Source: Ascoidea asiatica JCM 7603 (taxonomy: Eukaryota; Fungi; Ascomycota). Taken from it: a stretch of 29,757 nt of DNA. The translations under genes and the position numbers were made by a program. Positions within the stretch are counted from its first letter, which is position 1, and every line of letters begins with the position of its first letter. This document shows positions 12,173-24,457 of the stretch, piece after piece. The stretch is from NCBI GenBank assembly GCA_001600695.1, contig BCKQ01000011.1, forward strand, positions 240,961 through 270,717, read 5' to 3'. The notes beneath the pieces were generated by a model. It was not told the DNA's origin and searched no databases. It saw nothing but the letters and a program-made list of their open reading frames with translations.

Positions 12173-14407
12173 ATGAAAACTAGAATTCGTCATATTAAAA
12201 GTATCTACGTCAGAAATTTATCAATAGACAATATCGATGAAATACTGTCAGAGAAATCTCATATCAAAGAAGAGGATTCTAATTTACAATACTTTAAAAA
12301 AAAAGATGGTAAAAATAAAAAAGATTCCAAAAAAATCAAAATACATAGAAGAAAATCATTACTTTCCCCTATAAAGATTGAAAACAGTCACTCAAATTCA
12401 AATTCAAATTCAGAAACTTCTTCTTTACATCGAAATAGAAGAAATACATTAGCTGAAATAATTGCAGATAATTTAAATGAATCTAATAATCAAAATGAAA
12501 ATTCTTTTTTAAAAGAAAATGATAATGTAAAAGATTTAAATTATTTAAATAATTTTAAATTAATTGATAGTTTTTTCTCATTACATGAAATCAATCATAT
12601 TAAAGGTTCTCCTATAATTAATCATAATAGTCCATTTTATGTTAGTGAAGTTATTAATAAAGCTTTAAATCCATATTTTAATGAAATTACTTTAAATTTT
12701 TTAGATTTTATTAATTCATATAATACAAATATTGAAAGATTATCTAGAAATTCAAAATTTAATTTTAAACTTTGGGGTAAAAATAATTTAAAAAATTCAT
12801 CTTGGAATTTAATCTTATCTTTAAATATAAATTTATCTGATTTAATTTATCTTGATAAAAATATTGAATCTTTACAAATTAATATTGAAAAATCGTTAAA
12901 ATTTCATCAATTAAATTCTCCAATTTATAATCAATTTGATGATGGAATTTCAAATAATGATAATCTATCATCTTCTGCTTCAATAAATTCTTCAAATCTT
13001 CAATTACAATTTCTTTCTAAAAATTCAATAATTTATTCATTAAAATTATTAAATTATTTAAAATTAAATAATAATACAATTATTATTGTATTAGAAAATG
13101 GTTGTTATTTAGTACCTTATTCAGATCAAAAATCTGAAATTTCCGAATCTTTTACTTTTAATTTAAAAAAAACAGAAATAAAACCTTCACAGATTTTATC
13201 TTCTTCAATTTCATTATCAACTTTATCAGTAAATAATTCATTAAGTAAACCTATTTTATCACTTTCTTTTGATTCATTAATGAAAATAAATAATCTTTTA
13301 ATTTGTATTGCAGATCTTAAAAAAGTAAAAAATGATTTAAATAAACAAATAGAAATTAAATTAAAAAAATCTGTTAATAATAAAAAAATAAATGGTTTTG
13401 GTCAATATGATTCAATTTTTATATCTAAATCTGAATTAAGTTATATTCTGAAATTAAAAATATCCAAAGTGAAAGCATCTTTAGAAGTTGAAAAAATTAA
13501 AAATTTAGAATTAAAGAAAGAAGAAGAAAAACTTAAAAGAAATCTTGATGAAAAAAAAATTTTTTTCCTTCTTGATGATAATTTCAATCAAACTACAGAT
13601 TCACATATTCTTAAAAATATCAAAGATATCAATTATAATACATATATTTCAACGTTTGATCAAGAAATCAATGATGAAAGGTGTATATATGAAGAATATT
13701 TAAGTAGATTAGAAACAGTTAGTTATGATATGAATAAATTACTTTCTCAAAAAGTTTTCAAATTTTTAGTTGAAGTTTTTCCAATAACAAGTGATCCAAT
13801 AAATCCCTTTGAATATAGAATACTTAATCTTAGTCTTTCATTACTTTCAAATATTTTTAAGAATTATCCTATATTAAAAATCATAAATTCCAAGACTAAT
13901 AATAATATTAGTAATAATAATATTCGTTCCAGAAGAAATTCAATAAATTCAATGACTGGAAGTATAACATCTACTGCTGGTTATTCTACATCAAGAGATT
14001 TAGTATCAATTTTATCTCTGTCTTCAATAGTTAGTAATAAAGTGGATAATAACTTACTTTTAACTACTTCTCAAGAAATAGAAATTGATTCTGCAATGGG
14101 ATTTATTGTTCAATTAGTAAATTTAATTGCATTATATCTTTCAACTCCTTTAAGATATCCTATGACATTTTTAGGATCTAAATCATATATTTATGATCCA
14201 ATATCAAATATTTCCACAAGTAAAATATTTCCTTTATGGTTAAAGGATAATCAGAATTATTTATATAGATTTGAATATGGTTTGATATTATTGAATAAAA
14301 ATATAGAGCAATTATGTCATGAAGAAAAATTGGTGGTTCCTGAAACGAGAAATATTTTAGGAAATTTGAAAACTCTTTTATTATATTTGGTTGCCAAAGA
14401 TCACTAA
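12173..14407 (+). CDS. VPS38: UVRAG/Vps38-like subunit of class III PI3-kinase complex II
   Basis: N-terminal C2-like segment (RIRHIKSIYVRNL...FFSLH...PFYVSEVI...LNPYF), central coiled coil, and C-terminal BARA-like segment (IDSAMGFIVQLV...YLSTPLRYPM...GSKSYIYDPIS...FEYGLILLNKNIEQL). Confidence 0.8.
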   Translation: MKTRIRHIKSIYVRNLSIDNIDEILSEKSHIKEEDSNLQYFKKKDGKNKKDSKKIKIHRRKSLLSPIKIENSHSNSNSNSETSSLHRNRRNTLAEIIADNLNESNNQNENSFLKENDNVKDLNYLNNFKLIDSFFSLHEINHIKGSPIINHNSPFYVSEVINKALNPYFNEITLNFLDFINSYNTNIERLSRNSKFNFKLWGKNNLKNSSWNLILSLNINLSDLIYLDKNIESLQINIEKSLKFHQLNSPIYNQFDDGISNNDNLSSSASINSSNLQLQFLSKNSIIYSLKLLNYLKLNNNTIIIVLENGCYLVPYSDQKSEISESFTFNLKKTEIKPSQILSSSISLSTLSVNNSLSKPILSLSFDSLMKINNLLICIADLKKVKNDLNKQIEIKLKKSVNNKKINGFGQYDSIFISKSELSYILKLKISKVKASLEVEKIKNLELKKEEEKLKRNLDEKKIFFLLDDNFNQTTDSHILKNIKDINYNTYISTFDQEINDERCIYEEYLSRLETVSYDMNKLLSQKVFKFLVEVFPITSDPINPFEYRILNLSLSLLSNIFKNYPILKIINSKTNNNISNNNIRSRRNSINSMTGSITSTAGYSTSRDLVSILSLSSIVSNKVDNNLLLTTSQEIEIDSAMGFIVQLVNLIALYLSTPLRYPMTFLGSKSYIYDPISNISTSKIFPLWLKDNQNYLYRFEYGLILLNKNIEQLCHEEKLVVPETRNILGNLKTLLLYLVAKDH

Positions 14408-15310
14408 TAAGGTCATATCTTATTGTTGAATAATCAACTTTCAATCAATTAAAAACAAAAAAGTTATATGGAATAACAAAATAAAATATTCAATTGAAAT
14501 ATTTTATTGATAGATATTAGATTCAGTAACATGAATCAGCGGCCAAGCATTGAAAAAAAAATGAAAAATTTGTATTAATATTTAGTTATCGTATTTATTT
14601 AATACTTTCGTGATAGAATTTTGTAGAATAGAAAAATCATTAACCCCAATTGCATTTTGTAGTATATTTTCTTCATGTTTCAAAAACATTTTGTGGAAAC
14701 TTTAACGTTAATCTTTGGAAATTAAAATTTAATTCGACATCCCTTTAACAGTGTCACAATCAAAATAAAAACCCAAACTCTTTATTGTTATTTATTATCT
14801 GATTACATTCCATTATTTTTTTATGAAAAGTAGTATCTATCATTAATCATGAAATGATATCCATCATTATAATGCCTTAAACAGTTCCGTTATGAGATGA
14901 CCATTGTTGAATTTTTTTCCATTTCAAAACAATGAATGATAAGAATCGGAAATCTAAAACTTTTCATAACAATCTTTGATAACTTCAAATAATTTAAAAC
15001 AATCACCATTGAAATATCACAAAAATAAAAAAGAACTGAGGTTGTAAAGCTCTTTATTGTAGGAAACCACATTACTTGTTTATTGTTCTTTTTTTGGTAA
15101 TAAGTATTCCTGTCCGCTTTATCTTCGCATAATAAAAATACCTGCTTCTTATTCTTACCTTTAAAAACTGACTCTATAAAAGTAGAAGCATTTGCACAAA
15201 ATAAGTTAACAAAGATAAATGACATCTAGCAAAGTTAATAACACAAATTCTCTACATTTAATTTATAAATTGATTATTTCAAAGATTCAATTGCTATAAA
15301 ACATTTTGCT

Positions 15311-16836
15311 ATGAATAAAGAGTGCCCTCGTTCGATAAAGAAGCTCTCGAAAGAAGCCCTTTCTTATAACTTTGATATCAGTATTCCATCTGACTTTTGG
15401 TTAAAGAATGCTCATAGACTTCTTAAAACAGTAAGTTATTTTTTTGTACCCCTTTTATTTCAATCTTTCTTAAGTCTTTATTGTATTAACTCAACAATTC
15501 TTCTCAGGCAAATCAAAATGTAGCAGATAAAAATTATCCAGAAGCCTATATTTTATACTTAAGGTTCAATGATTTATTATTGAATAAAATTCCTGAGCTT
15601 CTTAAATATGAAAATAAAAATTATTCTAAAGTAAATATCTTTCAGAAATTTCAATTGCTTACAGAGGAAATTCCAAGAGTCATAGAAATATGTGAAAGAT
15701 TAGAATACTTCATTAACCGGGAAACAAAAATCTACATTGCTGAGATGAGAAAAATTCAAGAAGAAAGTGATAGATTTAGTGATATTGATAGTGCTAGACT
15801 TTTACTTGAAAAGGAAACAAGAGAATTTCAAAAAGAATCTAAAAACAAAGATCCAAATTATAATTTAAAATTATCATTAGCCGGAGATAGTACAATTATT
15901 GATTCTGATACAATGTCTCAATTAAATGACAGTGATGATATTTATGAAGATGTGCAAAATGAGAAATTAAATAAAAATAATTATAAAACTAATCATGTAG
16001 CTATTGCAAAAACTGAAAATAATGAATATTTTCCTACTTTTCAATATCCTGAAAGTTCTGCAAATAGTTTTGAAGAAGATTTTCCAGAAGATGATCCACC
16101 TGCATATGCGTTTAAAAATTCATTCAATGATCCTAGAAATAAACAATCATTTGATTACGATTTTACTATGGATGCAGATTCTCTTTCTAGAGAAGAATCA
16201 TTTCCAGAAGGTTTTACTGAAAGTTTTAATCAAGATTTAAAACTTCAATTATCTTCTAGAGAAAATAAAAATGGTTTAAAAAACTTATATCTTCCAAGTC
16301 AATTATTTGATGATTTTCTTGATATTGCATCAAAAAAGACTAAAAAAGAAACAGAAACATGTGGAATACTAGGAGGTGTATTTGTTGCATCTATTCAAAC
16401 ATTTGTTGTAACTAATTTAATTATTCCAGATCAAAGATCAACTTCAAATACATGTCAAACTTATAATGAAGAAGGATTATATGATATTATTGATCAAAAA
16501 GATATTATAATTCTTGGATGGATTCATACTCATCCAACACAATCTTGCTTTCTTAGTAGTGTAGATTTACATACACAAGTTGGATATCAATTAATGTTAA
16601 AAGAAGCAATAGCAATTGTTTGTTCTCCAAGACATGTTCCAAATCTTGGAATTTTTAGATTATCGGATCCATTTGGGGTTACATGTATTAAAAATTGTAA
16701 ACTAAGAGGATTTCATCAACATGAAAAAGAGCTTGACTTATATACAAATTGTTTGAAAACAAAATTAGATGAAGGGCATGTTTTAATTGAAGAAAAACTA
16801 CCACTTGAGATAAATGATATAAGAAAGAAAAAATAA
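15311..16836 (+). CDS. AMSH/STAMBP-type JAMM deubiquitinase (N-terminal MIT/USP8-dimer-like domain plus MPN+ domain); join(15311..15430,15508..16836), 482 aa
   Basis: Exon 1 is exactly 40 codons and splices in phase to ANQNVADKNYPEAYILYLRF..., continuous with the 15580 ORF. JAMM motifs ETCGIL, GWIHTHPTQSCFLSSVDLHT and CxxxxxHxH (CKLRGFHQH) are present. Confidence 0.9.
15431..15507 (+). other. Spliceosomal intron (77 nt, phase 0)
   Basis: GTAAGT donor at 15431, TATTAAC branch site at 15484-15490, CAG acceptor at 15505-15507. Removing it fuses two ORFs into one protein. Confidence 0.9.
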
Positions 16837-19800
16837 CACTAATTGAACTTTTTTCTTGATAATATTAATCTATTTATATATTTTCTGTTTTTTTATGTTT
16901 TTTTTTTAAGAGTATTATTTATTTATGAAAGAGTTAGTTATTTTTTAAATTATTATTAACTTTTTGATATTATCTTCCTATATTATGTTTTTTGTTTATT
17001 TTTATTTATGTTCCTTTATTTTTTTCTTTCTCTTTCTAACTCAACTAATCTTTCAAGGAAATAATTGTGATAAAATTAATTTTCAGAACTCCATTCAAAA
17101 ATATTTTTTTTATTCTTTTGTTTTAAAAATATATAGTGAGATATTATTTTTCAACAAATAAAGATAGTTTAATAAACAACGATAGATATACTATTTTTAA
17201 CTCAAATCCAAGAATAAAAATAAATTTTAAAAATAAATTTTTGATATTTATGAAATATGTCAAAAGTTATTACATAAAATATATTTTACTTAAATTTTAA
17301 ATCTTTACTTTATTTCTATTGTATTTTAAATATTTGAAATAACTTGAGCTAATTTAAGAAAATATGGGGTTCTTTTCATAATTGAAAAAAAGTTCCAGGA
17401 CACATATCACTTGGTATCCATATTCCTAAATTACATAGCCTTTGATAGCGTTACAATATTTGAGTGACCATCATTTTCGAATATTTCAAGGTTAAATTTG
17501 GGGTTGAAAAACAAAAAATTTTGAAATTTTGTGAAGTTTTAATTTCAGTCATTTATGTTAATTTCATTTCTGCCGATTGTGAATTGTTTTTAAGAACTTC
17601 CAAAAAAAATCTATTTTCTTAATTTTCTGGTAGTGAAATAATGGAATGAATTGTTTTTGATATCAGTGGAAAGAAAATAGAAACTAATTCCATTCCATAG
17701 AAAAGTTCCAATCTCTGATAATTATATTTGAATGTTACTTTCTTTAAAACAGTTAATTAGACGCAAATTCATTCTATCATTCATTACTAATTATTATTAA
17801 TAAAGATTCTTTACTACTTGTTTCTAGTTTATATTATTATTAATCAATTTCTCCAGGTTTTTCAAGTGTAGCTTTTATTACCAAAAAAAAAATTAAGTTG
17901 TAGATAGATATACAAAAAAGGAAATTCGTACCAATCTTAACGCACGTGACAATAGATAGGGTTGCTTGGTTCAAATTTAGACTGTTAATCATAAATTAAG
18001 CATTTAATTAGTATTTTTTGGAAATTAACATAAGTTTTGTAAAACAGGCAAACTTTAAGTGCAACCGTTGTGGCTTAATCTCTTAAGTACACGAAAACTA
18101 CCACGTGTGTTTGTTGGTGTCTAAACATGTAGTACTCTGTAGTTTGAAGTAGAAAATTTTGAATTTTGTCACGGAAAATCAGTGCGCGACTGGAAAAATA
18201 AAGTGTCGAGCAGGGGACAAATTTTGAAAACCTTATCTAGAGAGGCTATGTTTTTGAATGCAGCAACGTTTAGGTTTGTTTTGTTAGTGCTCGGCATCGA
18301 AAGCTTAACTAACGAACAAAATTGTGTTCGTCAGTTGATCTATTTGTGGTTGGTTTTATAATTTCACTTAAAAGTGAAAAATTTCATTTTTGACGATTAT
18401 TTCAATAACAGAAAGTAAAAAGAATGGAATAAATAGATAATGTTACCCATATTCTAAGAAAGATAATATTAGGGCTTGAAAAAATGTAACACGAAACTTT
18501 CAGTTTAGCAACCTCAAAACGACCTTTGAAAGAATTTTTTCTCCTTACCAGCAATATTGGAGCTGGCAAACATGTTAAGGGGATGGTTTTTGTGATCCAC
18601 TTTATCACAAAAATAATTTGATATGAGGTTCAATCACAAAAAGAAAATGGATAATTTTCTTGTCGTCTATCTGTATCAAGTGTTTCTCTTTACTTTGTGC
18701 TTAGATCCATAATTCCTTGTTGAGTTGATAAGGTTTCTACCCTAAACCTGGAGATTACAGCACTTTTATTTTTTTTCAAGGATAAAATTCCAATTAACCA
18801 TAAAGCAATAAATCATTTCAACTTTTCTTTTGAATCAAGGAATATCTAAACTTTTTTTATGACGTGTATTGAAAATTATTTTTGATTTTTACGGGAATGT
18901 TATTTCTTCCATATTCCAACATATCCTAGAGTATCCTTATTTATAACTTCACTGCATAAAGAAAAGTATTGCTCGTAGTATAAAAAGTTACTCAGGTTCT
19001 TTACAAAATTGAGTAACATCATAATTATTCGAATAATTTACTCTATTAAATTATTTTCTTATTTTTCTATTGGTGAGATTTTTCAATTTTTGTTTCAAGA
19101 AATATTGTACCTTTTATTTTTAACTTTAAAATGAAGAATACGTTTTCAAAAAGAACAATTGATTCAATTTTCAGAGGAATTCTTATGAATTTATAATTAT
19201 AAGTTACTCAGTTTTTTTCATTAAGTTTAATTCTCCTTACTGTATGAAAGTACATTGTTCAAATTTCTCGGTTCATCTTTGATATGAGCCTACAAATTTA
19301 GGAATTTTTTACAAAATTTCTTCAACTATTCAGCCCACTTTTTTGAAATATACTTTAGTGAAGCTGATGAAAATTTATAAATATTCCTCTTCAAATAAAT
19401 GATTCCTTAATAGATTTCAATTGAATTCAAATAGGACATAATGAAAATTTTTGATTCAATTTTTTTTAATACAACGTAGTAATATTACTCCATTACAAAC
19501 CATTATATAATACCATTAATTAATTCTAAATAACGTTGAATAAGGAGTAATTTAAAGTAACTTGTGAAAAAAATTTAAAATAAAAAACGCACTAAAAATG
19601 AAATTCGAAAGGCACTTTTCTATATAAATTACACTTAGTGTCTTAAGACCTAAAAAAAAACAGTTTCTAATTATATTCTATTAAAAAAGTTAAGAATTTT
19701 TTATTTAATACAAATAATCATGAATGCGTTTAAAATATAGGAATATTCTTAAACGCAGAATATAATTTAGTTACATATCATATCCAATAATTTCAATAAA

Positions 19801-20801
19801 TCCTATATTTTTAAATTTATATTTATAACATAATTATTATTGGGATTAATTAAGTTTTCCTAAAAATAATCTTTCAAGAATGTTGATCTTAATAGCCATA
19901 TTAAATTTTCCTGTTTCTTGAGTTTAATCCAACTGTAATAATAATCAAAAAATTGAATCAAAATCAAATAACTTTCACCGTTACCAGAAGGAATATCTTT
20001 CAATTCTACAGTGCTTTCTTTAATTGAATCAATCATTCAATATTCCATTCGTTTTAATTTTTTTTTTTTTTCATCACTTTTCTTTATGTCTCTCCACCAA
20101 ACTCTGGCACTGTTCAATCAGAAATGCTTATCTCAGGTGCTAATTTAATGCAAACTAGAAAACAAAAGTGCTCTGAGTATCGATATTTTTAAATACAATT
20201 AAATTAATATTCATTTGACCAAACAGTTTCAGGATTATGCGCTAAGACAAGTTAAAGACAGGCTAAAAAAGCTAAATAAAAGTTAAAGCACAGTTAAACT
20301 CACTTTTTTGTATGCGACTTTTGCTGTTAGTTCTTCCGCATTCGGACACTGCACAGTCGCTATAAATACAGCTTCATTCCCTGTATTTCGTCAGTTTGTT
20401 CCCTTTTTCTTTTACCCATATAAATATTTTAATATTCTTCATCAATAACTTTCGAATATCAAATAAAAAAATATATATAAATATAAGTATAATTACAAAT
20501 ATAAATAAAATATTTAATTCACTGGATTATAATCCTTTTTATAAATAAAAACCTCTTTTCGTTATACTTTAGTATATTGTCTTCTTTATTATTACCCAAT
20601 ATTTATAATTCTCTCACTTCGTGTTTCTCATCTTTATTCAACTGCATATATTTGAGAGCATTAAAAAAATATATTCAAAATATATACAAATTAAGCGAAA
20701 ATAAATATATATTCAACCCTTTATATAACCACCTATATATGGGCTTAATTTATAGAATTACTATAACCATTATTGTATAACCTTGTTCTCATTGTTTTAA
20801 A

Positions 20802-22292
20802 ATGAGATACCCTAATGAAATTCCTGAATTTCCAGATGATTATGAAATATCTAGACATAAAAAATCAACTCCTCAAATCAATGATGCTACTGGAAAATAT
20901 TCTTTCACCAAAAACTTTAAAGCAAATGAATTTTTAGATCCCTCAAAAAAAAAACAAGGTGGATGGAAATGTCCAAAATGTTCTCATAATTCAACAACTA
21001 TTATTCAATATTGTGAACATTTAGATATTGAAGGTATTGAAAATAATTTCAAATGTGCAAAAAGAAATTGTGTTTATAGTATCATTGGTTTTAAAAATGC
21101 AACTTATTGTAATCGTCATATTAAAAATCATTCAAAGTCCGCTACTGAATGTCCTCATGCTGATTGTAAATATAAAACTACAAAAAAAGAAAATCTTGTT
21201 AGACATATGAATAAAAAACATTCTGGTAGTAAGATTAAAATTAATCATAATTTTGATTCTGAAAGTCCTGTACTTCAATTATCTGATCATCCAATATTTG
21301 CTTCTATAAGTTCAGCTTCTACTGATTTATCGAATAATCTTTCAAATAACTTATCAAATAGTGGTAGTTTACCAAATTTACTTAATAATATCCAAATTCC
21401 TTTTGGTAATTTGTCTCCAGATGCTAATACCATTGCTTTATCTGATGTTTTAAATTCTGATTTAAATAATGGCCTGGCAAACATTACAAATATTTATCCA
21501 ATTCTTTCAACAAATGTGAATAATAATTATTCTTCCAACTATAAAAATAATAATTTTAATTCAAATAATTTATTGAATTCTGGATTTGAATATGATTTTA
21601 ATTCAGTTAGTCCTTTAAATAATACTTATGACTCTACTACTTACAATAATAAAAGTGATAATACTCAATTGAATCAAATTAATGATTACTCAAACTCAGA
21701 TTATATGAATCAAAATACTAATTATGATCAATTTTCAAATTTCAATAATTTTCCAATGAATTTAAATGATTTAAATAATATCAACAATATGAACTCTATA
21801 AATAATATGAATTCAATAAATAACTTGAATTCAGTTAATATAAACAATATGAACCTACAAAATATGAATAATATAAGTAATATCTATAACATGAACAACA
21901 TGAGCAATATCAATAACATAAATAATATGAACAACATGAGTAATATGAACAATATAAATGATATAAACAATATGAGCAATATAAATAATATGAACATGAA
22001 TATGAGTATGAATGTCAATCAAAATTTGAATAATAATATGTCCATGATAAATAATATAATTCCAAATACAAATTCTGCTACTTCTAATATTAGAAATAGT
22101 ATTAATAATTTTTCATCTTACAACAATAATTTGAATACATTTATATTCAATAATAACAATAATAACAAATCGCTGTTATCTTTAAGTGATAGTTCTGAGA
22201 GTTGTGATAATAATAGAAGCTTAGAAGATAGTACATCACTTCCATCAATAGTTAGAGTATTTCCTGGAGTGCCAAAATCTGAGCGAAGGTAA
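20802..22292 (+). CDS. RME1: Rme1-like three-finger C2H2 transcription factor with Asn/Met-rich low-complexity C-terminus
   Basis: CPKC...HLDIEGIENNFKCAKRNCVYSIIGFKNATYCNRHIKNH...CPHADCKYKTTKKENLVRHMNKKH resembles the Rme1 finger array (HLD..x..KC....C..x.I.GF..AT...RH...H). Orthology is inferred, not tested. Confidence 0.6.
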   Translation: MRYPNEIPEFPDDYEISRHKKSTPQINDATGKYSFTKNFKANEFLDPSKKKQGGWKCPKCSHNSTTIIQYCEHLDIEGIENNFKCAKRNCVYSIIGFKNATYCNRHIKNHSKSATECPHADCKYKTTKKENLVRHMNKKHSGSKIKINHNFDSESPVLQLSDHPIFASISSASTDLSNNLSNNLSNSGSLPNLLNNIQIPFGNLSPDANTIALSDVLNSDLNNGLANITNIYPILSTNVNNNYSSNYKNNNFNSNNLLNSGFEYDFNSVSPLNNTYDSTTYNNKSDNTQLNQINDYSNSDYMNQNTNYDQFSNFNNFPMNLNDLNNINNMNSINNMNSINNLNSVNINNMNLQNMNNISNIYNMNNMSNINNINNMNNMSNMNNINDINNMSNINNMNMNMSMNVNQNLNNNMSMINNIIPNTNSATSNIRNSINNFSSYNNNLNTFIFNNNNNNKSLLSLSDSSESCDNNRSLEDSTSLPSIVRVFPGVPKSERR

Positions 22293-24457
22293 TGATTAAT
22301 CTTAATTTTGTTTTCTTTTTTTTTGTTTTAATGTTTTCTTTATAATGATTTCAAGAATGTCAATTGATCAATTGATTGGCACAATCTTTGGCATGATTTT
22401 TTTTTTCTATTACTTTTATTTTTAATTTTGAAGTGCTTTTTTTTCAGCATTACATTTATTTTGGTGGTTCATTAATTAAATCTTTTTTTAATTGCTGTTA
22501 TGGCATAATTGTTATATTTTTCTCACTTTTTTTTCTTTGTTCTAGTCATAATGCACTATTTCGATTCAAAAAGTGTTTTTTTTTCAATTTTCATTTTGCA
22601 TAGAATCTTTAGTCTCTGGATAATTAATACATTCATTCTAATAATTTTCAATTTAATTAATACCGTCATAGCGTAAATTTATTTTTTTCAATGGTCAATT
22701 CATAAGTCAAAATTGATGAATCAAAGCCCTTTAGATAAGAATTTCTCGATAAAATATAATTAACTAAATTAAACTCGTATAGTGTTAGTAGATAGATAGC
22801 TTGAATATGATTGAGAGTCAAAAATATATTCAATTGTTTGCTATCAGTTTTAAATTGGCAAATAAGATAAGCATTTTTAATACTAAAATAAACTGGCGAT
22901 TAAATACGAAGTAGAAATAGAATTAATATTATTTAAGAGCTTTTTTTATTGTTTTTTTTTTTTTTGCAATGGTTTCATTTGATCAGCAAAATTATCTATG
23001 TACGTTAAAAGTTTCATAAGATTGTTCAAATTGAAACTTCAAATATTCTTGACTAATTCTTAAAGATTATGAAATTCTTATCATGAATTGTTTTGGTTCA
23101 AAGATTTTTAGGGGAGTATCAGAAACTCAGAAACTCAGAAACCTCAATTTTGAATATTTTGAATATTTTGATATCTATCTATCGCAAAAATCCACTGAAT
23201 ACCAGTCAATTTCTTGAAAGATAAAATAAATCAAAGAAAAAAATCTGAAGAAATAAACGTGAATTTTAATAAGTGAATCAAGCTTTGTGAATTGTAATGT
23301 TACGAAGTTGCAAATTTGTAAAATTTCTCAGTTATTTTATCACTATAAAAATTATATCCAGAATATTAACCGCGTTCAACCTTAAAAGTTTATTGCCGTG
23401 CCATTCCAAATAAAGTTGAATTTCTGGATACATATATTTTAGTTGGTTACGTAATAAAATTTAAATATATTACCTTATTTAATAGATACTAAAATTAGAC
23501 TTCCCTAAAAGTGTAAAGAACGTTTAGTACCGGTACACACATCAAATATGCGACAGAATTCCAACTGAAAGTGCAGTAAAAATTACAAATTTTCCAAACT
23601 TAAACTAAGATTTTTTCTTCGGCCGGAATACAAAATTGTTAAAAAATTCCGGAATATTTTATTTTCATAATTAATTCAAAACCAAATTATTGGATATATC
23701 TTTAATAGAGGTGTTTAGATTATGTGCATTTCTTTTCTTATCTCTTTTATTTTTAATCTTTTATCGTTTATCGTTTATCTTGCAATTGTTTTTATTTCAA
23801 TTTAATTTTTGCTAATAATTTTCGAGATAAAATTTAATTACTCCATGAAACTTTTAGTCTTAAGTTTCCAAAAAAAAGGTTTTATTTATTTAACTTTTTT
23901 ATTCAAATTTTCAAAAACAAAATATATCAGTTTTGATTCTCTTTTGGAAAACTATATGAATGAAAAAAGTAAATCATTTTTTTCTTCTTTGATTGTAAAT
24001 AGAATCTTTATTTTTGTCAATTCATTTATTTAAAGTCGAATTGCAAAAGAAATACTTATAATGAAATTTTTTATGAATTTAAATTAAAATTATTATGTTT
24101 ATGAATTGAAATCCCTAGGACAAATATTTCAAATATTTTCATGTTGTTATTTAATAGAGTAGTATTCTTTTTATTGAATGAATAATTTAATGATTTTGAT
24201 ATAAGTTTAAGAATTATTAATATTACTTGTTTTTTTTGTTTTAATGGCAAATAGTAAATATTTAGGGCAGAAATTCCCCAGACGGTCCTAGATTTTGGGA
24301 TTGAATCCATCGTTGCGGGGACTTAAACCAGTATATTTTCAGTTCGATATTTGAAGATAAATTGTTATTAATGTATTTAATTTTAAAAATTTAGACATAT
24401 TTATAAAGAAATTGAATAAGAATAAACTGGAGTAAGATAAGATAATTAAAGGCAATA

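Noticed and set aside
17820-17950. GTCACGTG (CDEI-like) as the start of a point centromere
   Set aside because: No very AT-rich CDEII and no CDEIII CCG motif at the expected distance.
23119-23172. Short tandem repeats (TCAGAAAC x3; TTTTGAATA x2-3)
   Set aside because: Simple slippage repeats with no spacers, so not a CRISPR-like or otherwise structured array.
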